NCBI GenBank assembly: GCA_051294375.1
Contig: CM119263.1
Span: 12,252,436-12,316,435 of the forward strand
Direction: 5' to 3'
Source: Paraspadella gotoi
Taxonomy: Eukaryota; Animalia; Chaetognatha
Length of the DNA: 64,000 nucleotides
Positions within the stretch are counted from its first letter, which is position 1. Each line of letters starts with the position of its first letter. Positions 55,828 to 64,000 of this stretch are shown in pieces. The notes below the pieces were generated by a model that was given only the letters and a program-made list of their open reading frames with translations, was not told the DNA's origin and made no database searches. A program made the translations under genes and the position numbers.

Positions 55828-58048
55828 TCGTCATGGTCTTTTCCTTTATTCAACTTGAGTGGATTCCTCTTAAGACCCAGAGTGCGGAGAAGAAGACTGA
55901 AGGAGAATTTCAGGGATTCGATCCCTCGACCCGCGGAAAACAGCGGCTAACGGCGCGCCTCCTTTTTCGCATTTCCATGGTTTTTTCACTATTTTGTTTT
56001 CTTCAAGGGTCGTAAGGTTCTTTATGGTTATCGCAAGGAGGAAGATTGCATGAGAATCCGTTTGTTTAGACAACACGGGGACTGGATTAGAAATCTCATT
56101 CTATTTCGATATTCTCACACAAAGTTGATATTTTTTCCGTTTTTTTTTTTATATCTTTCTCTCTCCACGATAATTTATCTCTTTTTATCACTTTTTTTAC
56201 TATCCTCTTCGTTTTCTTTTCCCCATTTTCCCTTTAATGGCAGATTTTGCTCCTAAGAGTTTTAACAACCTCATTCCATTTCACTCTTGGTTTCTGGAGT
56301 TGATTTACGTCGTCGTCGTCTTCGTCGTCCGCCGGAACAAAACGAAATTTAAAACTCAATGAGATGATTTAAAACCTTGGCTTTGCATTTTTTAAATTCG
56401 AAAATTTGCATTGGATATCGCTCATCCCGTGAGAATAAGAGAGAAGCAACAAAACATGATGACATCATCGTCGTTCTCCACTTCTCGTCTCAGTTAAGCT
56501 GGTGTTGTCCTCATCTTGACTTGAATTGACTTGAAAGGAATTCGTCCATCGGCGGACTGCCTCACTCTCGGTATTGGCGTCGCATGTGTCTTGCTCGAAT
56601 TATCCTGTCGAGCTCCACGTCGCATAAGTCACACTTGACTCTGACTCTCATAAACACTCTAGCAGCAACTACTACTGGACTCCTGTCCACTGTCTACTGC
56701 ACTACTGCACACCTGTCTCCTGTCCAGGGTTCTTATTCATGTACTTCCCTCAGTATTGGCGACCGTACTCGTGCCCACATACGTACACACTTCCTTTTCT
56801 TTAGATCGTCAGCTCTTCCAGCACAGATTTTATTTAGTGATTGACCAGATTAGCTTCCTGCAAGAACAACTCTTCGCACCTACTACACGTTAAAACTTAA
56901 TTTTGGTTCGACGCTTCTTGAATTCTCCTCGTCGTCGTCTTTTCCGCTTTCGTCCTTCTCGTCCGATGGAAAATAACGCGTTGCTAATTGCTTGGTAAGG
57001 TTTAGTAAATTAACCTACAAAAAAAAAGTCATTTCGAGAATATTTTGCGTAAAATACTCGTTTTCTTTTAAAGCACTTAAAATCAAAATTGTATTCTGTC
57101 CTCTCGCTCATATCTATATTATACTCAAAAACGTTTCGCTTTTTTTAAAAAGTTATAGAACAGATGTTCAGAAAGATAGAGAGAAAAATTTAACTATTCA
57201 ATTCGAGATTGAAAGAAATTGTGGAAAGCAGAGGTGATTTACGGCGAAACGAGAAAGGGGAGGGGAGAGTAAGGTAGAGGGGTAGTGCAGAATAGAGAGG
57301 AAAAGAGAAGAGGAGATGGAAGATTGTTTCAGGAAACACCGAGGTGAAGTGAGGTGAATGCTCGATAAGGCGAAGGCAATCACTGAAATGTTTTGAGAAC
57401 GAAAATTTCGGATAGTAACTAGTGTCTTTCTAATTCTGAGTTACGAATTCTTAAAATGAGTTGCTACAAATGAGTTAATACAAATCATAAAGAACGTATT
57501 CGGCTATTCGCGCCTCTTCAATGTAATTTATGAAGCTTATTTTGAATTGAAAAATATTATTCTCAAAGAAATTTAAAATTGCGTAATATATAACATGTAA
57601 TATCTAACACCGGAAAATAAAAGACCGCCGAGTGGGATTTCTTCAGGCCGTAAGGTTTTTTTTTCTTAAAAAAATCGGGTTGGTCAACACGTAACTTTCA
57701 ACATTTTGATATCCAGTATTCTTGATAACAATTTTCAATTCCAGTAAGAATAAAGAAAAAAAGGTGTAGCAATCGCTAAAATATATTTAATCATCACCGT
57801 TAAGTTACAAAGCCAAATAAAAATGTTCAAAAACTAGTTTAGATCAAAAATTTATGTTCAATTTATATAGGAAAACATAACTTTTCCGTATAAATCACAT
57901 AGAGAAGCCAGTAACGTGAAATCATGTATCGATTATAGAGGAAACCTTTCACCGAGCCAGACAGAGAAGTACTTTCATAACTTTCGTTTTTTTTAATTGT
58001 AGATTATCATCAAAGAACATTTTAAACAATCAATTAAAAGCGTTCTGT

Positions 58049-58748
58049 TTATTTTCCGTCTTTTTTCGTGTATCGGTACATTTCGTTGATAGTAAATTTG
58101 GATCCGGAGCTGCTCTTGTTTTTGATGTTGGAATCGTTTTTCTTGGTCGGGGTGGCCGGAGCGCCGCTGCTGTATTTATACATCTGTGGTATCGTTGTCA
58201 ATGGAGACTTTATTGTTGACTGACTTTTGTTGAAAGTCGGCGTTGACTGTTGAGTTAAGCTGAAGTTCAAACAAAATCAAAAAATTCGTTGGATTATAAA
58301 ATTTCATATTAATAGTAGTCTGTTTTCTTATGACTTAGAAAAGTTAGTATGAGCGAAAAATTCGCTTTAAAGAGTTTCTTATTTACATCACGATCATCTA
58401 TTACTTTTTTATTGTCAGTTTGAATTGAATTGTCAGTTGCCTTAATAGTCTAATACATGCCGAAACTTTAGATACAATGGTTCAAAGTTAAACAGCTACT
58501 TAATTTTAAATCAAGGCTCGAAGCCGTGATTAAGATCTTTCATTCATTCATTCATTCATTCATTCATTCATTCATTCATTCATTCATTCATTCATTCATT
58601 CATTCATTCATTCATTCATTCATTTCAAATGTACTCTTTAGTGTTCACTGTTCAGCAGGAAGGAACATTTCGGCGAAGCTTACCCGCAATTCTTCATATG
58701 TTGAGTCGTCGTCCGAATCAGTTGTGCAGACTTCCCAGTCAGCGACAT
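58049..58748 (-). CDS. Putative small basic orphan protein (91 aa, 2 exons)
   Basis: Exon 58748-58684 (MSLTGKSAQLIRTTTQHMKNC, donor GG|GTAAGC) joins in phase 2 to 58259-58049 (acceptor TTCAG; GLTQQSTPTFNK..IPQMYKY..INEMYRYTKKDGK*). No homology recognised. Confidence 0.4.
58539..58623. repeat. (TTCA)n microsatellite
   Basis: Pure tetranucleotide run, intronic to the putative orphan gene. Confidence 0.95.
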
Positions 58749-60521
58749 ACTTTTTTTGTCTCTCTCGTAATTTTTTTTAAGCGTATTAAAAATTTCCTTT
58801 ATTCTAATTTTTTTTTTTTATTTTGATCTCTTTTTAACGTACAAATCAATTTCGATTTGTCTTGAGAAAGTTGGGCGTATTCTCTGTTTACGTCCTTGGG
58901 TGGTGCGACCTTAAGTAGCTTCGGTCCGCTTTCTTTTTTCAGTGATAGCGAATATCGCGCGATTTTTGATCGGACTTATATAACTTATTCTAAGTTTTAA
59001 CCTTCACTAAGAATGCGTTGGCGAATGAGAAGAGAGTTTGCCCGATTCTCAACCAATCGAAAGAGCGATCGAAAGAGGATCGTGGCCACCAGAAACATAG
59101 AATGACGATCTGAAAGAGAAAACTAGTTAAAACTCCGAAGATGCGGCAATGTTGCATCTCTTTGAGACAATTTCTGTCGGTCGGTCGGTCGATCGATTGA
59201 CTGTAACAAATTGTTTAACGTATCTCAAATTTATAAAGAAAAAAATTGTCCTTGTTGGAAATTCGTCATACTCATAGTATAAGTATATGTTTGAATGTCG
59301 CTTATTATTGGCTAATATTTTATAATTATCGTTTTAGTAATTGTTTTTGCATTTACAACAAAAATGAAAGAAAATCAAGAAAAGATTTCATCATCAAAAT
59401 TTTTTTTAAAAAACAAACTGGCTAAATCGAGTTTGAAGTAGAAATCTGAGATTTTGAGATCCGCCGATCAAAACAGAGTTTCGCGTTAGAAGTCATGAAA
59501 CTTTTCGCATTATTGAATAATATTGAATTTAATAACAATGAATGTTCGAAAATTAAGTTAGTTGACGTTGAGTTTGTTGTGTCACGAGGACGACGGAAAC
59601 GTGGTAATCATTAATCAAACATCCCTATGATGAAACAACCGGAAACGTGGTAATCATCCGTCGAATCATCGTTATCATCTGCGGCATCTTGTCAGTCATC
59701 ATCGCTCGTAATTGAACTCTGGGACAAATTTCATAGTTAATAAATGGAGGCCTGGTTTTTTATTTTTATTCGTTTTCCCCCTGCATAAAAAAAAACTCTG
59801 TTGTTTTTGCGTGGCCACCGCGGCGCCAATGGCGCTGCCGTCGCCAGCATAAATCTCCCTTAAGCCTTTCGTCTCCGTCTCTGTCAGCGTCGCCCGTATC
59901 TCTCGCTCTTTCGTTGACGAGAGAGAAGAAAAAAAGTTATTTTCCTATTGTTTGCTAAAGTAAACAGAACGTTTTCATTTCTTTTGAGCTGAGAGGAAAA
60001 CAAGTTTTTTCGCTTGCGATTTCATGTCGCGTTCGGCCTCGTTGCTTGGCTTTGCTTTCTTTGTCAGCCACAACTTGGTCTCATTGCTGTTTCCCTTTAT
60101 AAATGAGATTACAATTTCTATTTGTAATCTTTAATCCTTCAAACAAAGCCTTATCGATTTTTTTTTTGTCTCGTCTCGGCATTAAGAGCGACTTAATACA
60201 TATGGCCATCATAAATGTTGCGACCAAAATGAAATAAAAGAGGGATTGGGACGGAAATCGAAAGCGTCGGATGACGCGCTTTAATTGTTCCATATATTGA
60301 GGGGTATTATTTTATAGTTATATTATTTGTTACTTTTACGATTACTTTTAAAGACGATCGTAACTCGAGTAGCTTCATGTCAAAAGGATCACGGCAGATG
60401 GCGACAAATGGCAAACAGCAACGCCATCGACGTTGGCAGACATTTCATGCTCGCCCGGTTTTTCTCTCCGCCTTTGAAATCTAAGCGAGAAAGGACGAAG
60501 ACTCGACGACGATGATGATGA

Positions 60522-60555
<34 letters not shown>

Positions 60556-60810
60556 AGAGGCAGGGACGACGACGACATCAACGACCATAAATAACCAGGA
60601 AAACAAGAATCGTCGATTTACCGAATACCGGAAAAAAATGGCATTCGTGGGTCCTTGGACTGGAAAAAAAAAATAAAGCTAAGAAGAAACCTTGAAAGAG
60701 AAAAATGAGGAAAATCAACTGAATAATATGAACAAAAAACTAAGAAGTGAATGAAAAAAGAAAAGAGAAGAAAAGAAATGAAAAGAAAAAAAGGGAAAAG
60801 AAAAAAAAAG

Positions 60811-60841
<31 letters not shown>

Positions 60842-61791
60842 GAGGTAGAAAGGCTGAACTGGTGGTTAGTCTGGCGATTCTCGTTTGTCTTCTTTAGTTT
60901 GGGACCGGATGTCAACAAGTGGTGACAAGAGTCTTTGATGGCGCGATTGGGACTTCGGTGGCTCTAGTGGGCGCTTCGTGGTGAGGACGGAACGAACGTA
61001 CTTGGGGTTATGGGAGGAATGGTTGCTTGTTTTGACCAATTTACTTATTGACGGAACGATGTAATTTTCAGTTTGTCTCGAATTTTACTGATATCTCACT
61101 TCCGATTTCCAGGGCCGGATATTTAAATGCCTTCTTTAAATAGCTGTTGCATTCGTGACTGACCTCGCTGACATATTTGGCCAGAATAACTTAGCAATGG
61201 CGACCAATGTTGTGGGAGAGCAGGGCGGACGAGACGGGATTAGCGTGGGCGAATAATAAGTGAGTTGCGTCGGCGGCGTCGGCGGAATAGGCGTAAAATG
61301 AGTCGGTGGCGCGGCGAGCAGAAAACCTCATTGCGGGGGCGAGGAGTATATTGTATTATTTGTTAGATACGGAGACTGTGAAATTACAGAAAAATCCCAA
61401 AGCACCGGAACTGAGCCCTTTTGTTTTCATAAGGATTTTTTGGGGTTTGTTATGACTTATGTCGTTTTTTTTTTTAAATTTATGTAAAAGTAGGACTAAC
61501 TAAATACATTTTAGTTATAGAATTGTGTTACAACTTTTAAAAATATGTATCTAAGTACTATGTTTTTATATCGTAAAAACACGGTAAACTAAATTTAGCT
61601 CGTATATTTATAATGTTAAAGGTTCAAGGAAACATTAAAGATGACGAGACCGACGTCGACTCCTCTGCCAAAGAATCATTTGAACAAAGAACGTTAATTC
61701 CAAGGTTTTGCGTCGCTTATGCTTTCTATTCACGTGATCAGTGTGCAATACACATAGAGTTGCACCGCGTATAACCATTTTTTGTTTGCGT

Positions 61792-63394
61792 TTAGTTTGT
61801 AGCCACCGCCCTTTTTCTTATAAACCGCAAATAGCAAACATAAATAATGGCGTTCACTACCTTTAAAAAAAAAAATTGAAAAAATAGTCAATTTCTTACT
61901 TTTCTTACTTATACCTCTATCTTACCAGAAACAAGATGGCAAGCACAAGGCAAATAGGGAAAGCAGGGTTTGCAAAGATAGGTTCAGCGTTGCAATCCTT
62001 CAATCATAGAATAATCGCTAATTTTATAAAGAACTTCATTGACCTGATGAAAAGACGTCCGCCAAATAAAAAAGTTTTACATTTGATAGGCAAGTTAAAA
62101 TATATTTAATAACTTATATAGTTAATAAATATTTTATACCTTTAATATTGTACAGCATAAGGTTTTAATTGTTATCATTTCATTATCGCATGATCTTTTA
62201 AAATGATCTTTTCAAAATTATTCTAAGGAAATCTATATTCTACAGGAAAATGCGAAAACTACTGGGTAAAATTTCAATGTCCTTTCGAAAATACTCAAAA
62301 CCTAGACCAACAGAAGAACAATACAATTCTTTTCAGGATAATTAAATAATAGATAATTAATAAAAAAATTGTGGTCGTAACGATTGGTCAAAATCCCTGT
62401 TTTCATTTGGCGGACCGTCTAGGAGCCGGTGACGACATAAAGAAAACTTTTATACAAATTTTAACTACCTCGTATGTTAACGTTACAAAACCAGCTTTGA
62501 AGAATTTTTGGGATATCCAAGCGAAGCACAAGACAATCACCCTTAAAAGAAAAAAAAAAATAAATGCGTTCTGGTGGTCCTATCACCACAGATGGATTAA
62601 AGCTGTTTCTTTCGCAGTGCTTCAGTGGACTAATGCACCATCCCAATGTGCGTCCCTGGTTTGAGCCCTGAGGTTGTCATGTAGAAAGTGGGAATGGACG
62701 GCGGGTAACCCGCCTGTAGGCATGGGCCTACTGCCAGATCCAAAGCTCTAGACTACGATGAACATGCTGTCTCGCTGTCGCCACGAGAGGTGACACCGCT
62801 GCGGGTGTGGGCGCCCTGTAAAACCGCCTCTTTAGCGTAAATTAATGAATAAATCATTTTGAAAATAATTTTTCGAACAAAGATTGTGAATTTATGTAGA
62901 GTAAAAAAACTGCATAGCGAACCGACCAACCTCGAAAACAATCATGACACACCCTGAAATTAGGTGTTCGAGCAATATATATACGGTGAAACAACGCTCA
63001 GTGAGGGCAATGCTGCCTCCGACTCCGATACCACAGTGGAGAGCACCGAGTATTGCCACGAAAAGCCATTCCTAATAGTTGTGAAACGGTTGATGATTAC
63101 TAATAAAAATACAAAACATTTTTCTCATTAGGACCGGACTAAAAATCAATGCTTAATTAAAACTAATCCAATTTAATACTATATCTAATTGATCTAATCT
63201 ATTGAATGAAGTCAAATAAAATCAGTAAATTCAAAAATCCATGCATTTAACCTTACCCCGCTCTGCTTCTTCATGCCTGAGAATCCGTAGTAGAGAGCGA
63301 CGATGAGAAAGGCGAGTCCTGCGATGGCTTGGATAATATTGACGCCAATTCCCGTCCACTTTAGAGTGGACTTGTCCGGATCGATCAGAACCAT
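61792..63394 (-). CDS. Four-transmembrane, tetraspanin-like protein (divergent)
   Basis: Exons 63394-63257 (MVLIDPDKSTLKWTGIGVNIIQAIAGLAFLIVALYYGFSGMKKQSG), 63071-62953 (EWLFVAILGALHCGIGVGGSIALTERCFTVYILLEHLISG), 62541-62469 (VIVLCFAWISQKFFKAGFVTLTYE), 61997-61926 (DCNAEPIFANPAFPICLVLAILFL) and 61860-61792 (VVNAIIYVCYLRFIRKRAVATN*), all GT-AG and in phase. There are four hydrophobic helices, an Asn in TM1, an E-R-C inner loop, a Glu in TM3, a Cys before TM4 and a basic tail. Extra extracellular-loop exons between 62000 and 62460 are possible. Confidence 0.72.
62608..62856 (+). mobile_element. tRNA-derived SINE, intronic and antisense to the tetraspanin-like gene
   Basis: Pol III A-box-like TGCTTCAGTGG (62618-62628) and B-box-like GGTTTGAGCCC (62658-62668) at tRNA spacing. 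The GC-rich body has hairpins GGCGGG-TAA-CCCGCC and GTAGGC-ATGG-GCCTAC and is followed by an AT-rich tail. No full cloverleaf. Confidence 0.6.
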
Positions 63395-63839
63395 CACAGC
63401 GCCCGACGATTACGATATCTTCCTTTTCTAAGTTTATGTCCCGCAATCTTTTTGTTCAAAATTGTCTTAACAGAAGTTTTACAGTGTGTGTCAAAAGGCA
63501 ATAATCCTGATCTGTGCCTTCGGGTCTCTTTTTTTTTTCTCTGCTTCTCGTCAATCTCTCACTTAATATTTTCTGTGTTTTCTTGTTTCTTTTTTTTCTT
63601 TCTTTCTTTTCTTTCTTTCTTTCTTTCTTCTTTCTTTCTTTCTTTCTTTCTTTTCTTTTTAAATTTTCTTCTTTCTTTCTTTCTTTTCTTTCTTTCTTTC
63701 TTCGTTTTCTTTCTTTTTTCCTCTTTCCTTTTTCATCTTCTTTCTTTCTTTCTTTCTTTCTTTCTTTTTCTTTCTTTCTTGTTCTTTCTTTCTTTCTTCT
63801 TCTTTCCTTTCTTTTCTTTTCTTTCCTTCCTTTTTTATC

Positions 63840-63901
<62 letters not shown>

Positions 63902-64000
63902 TTATATCTTTTTCTTGAACTTAAGTCTATCTCTTTTATCCTTTCACCTGTCTTTTTACTTACCCAACCCTCCTTAACTCTCTCTCTCTCTCTCCCTCAC

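Noticed and set aside
56503-56887. Possible solo LTR (TGTTG...TACA, distinct composition)
   Set aside because: No matching 4-6 bp target-site duplication and no second copy in the window.
62044-62070. CTGATGA hammerhead-like core (also at ~12110 and ~48835)
   Set aside because: No stem II followed by GAAA and no flanking helices.

Overview
This is AT-rich, microsatellite-dense eukaryotic DNA, most likely from an invertebrate animal (spliceosomal introns, Ig-domain and BPI/LBP genes). It comes from a draft assembly that appears gap-filled with noisy long reads. Most ORFs in the supplied track are simple-repeat artefacts. Manual splice-phase reconstruction supports five genes: (1) a minus-strand signal-peptide plus multi-Ig-domain gene that runs off or ends at the left edge; (2) an unidentified plus-strand low-complexity/coiled-coil gene (23405-33884+); (3) a complete 8-exon BPI/LBP-family gene (36198-48156, about 554 aa); (4) a tentative 2-exon 91-aa basic orphan; (5) a divergent tetraspanin-like four-TM gene (61792-63394). 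Mobile elements are a near full-length jockey/I-group LINE (about 49434-54415), a TA-flanked foldback MITE, DINE-1/HINE-like elements, and a tRNA-derived SINE. There is also a 33-bp minisatellite and three duplications beside 25-N gaps that are probably assembly artefacts. No CRISPR array or prokaryotic system is present. I found no clearly new biological system. The best leads are the atypical BPI/LBP (two insertions, possible GC-AG intron, possible in-frame fusion to the upstream gene) and the tetraspanin-like protein with no visible CCG motif.
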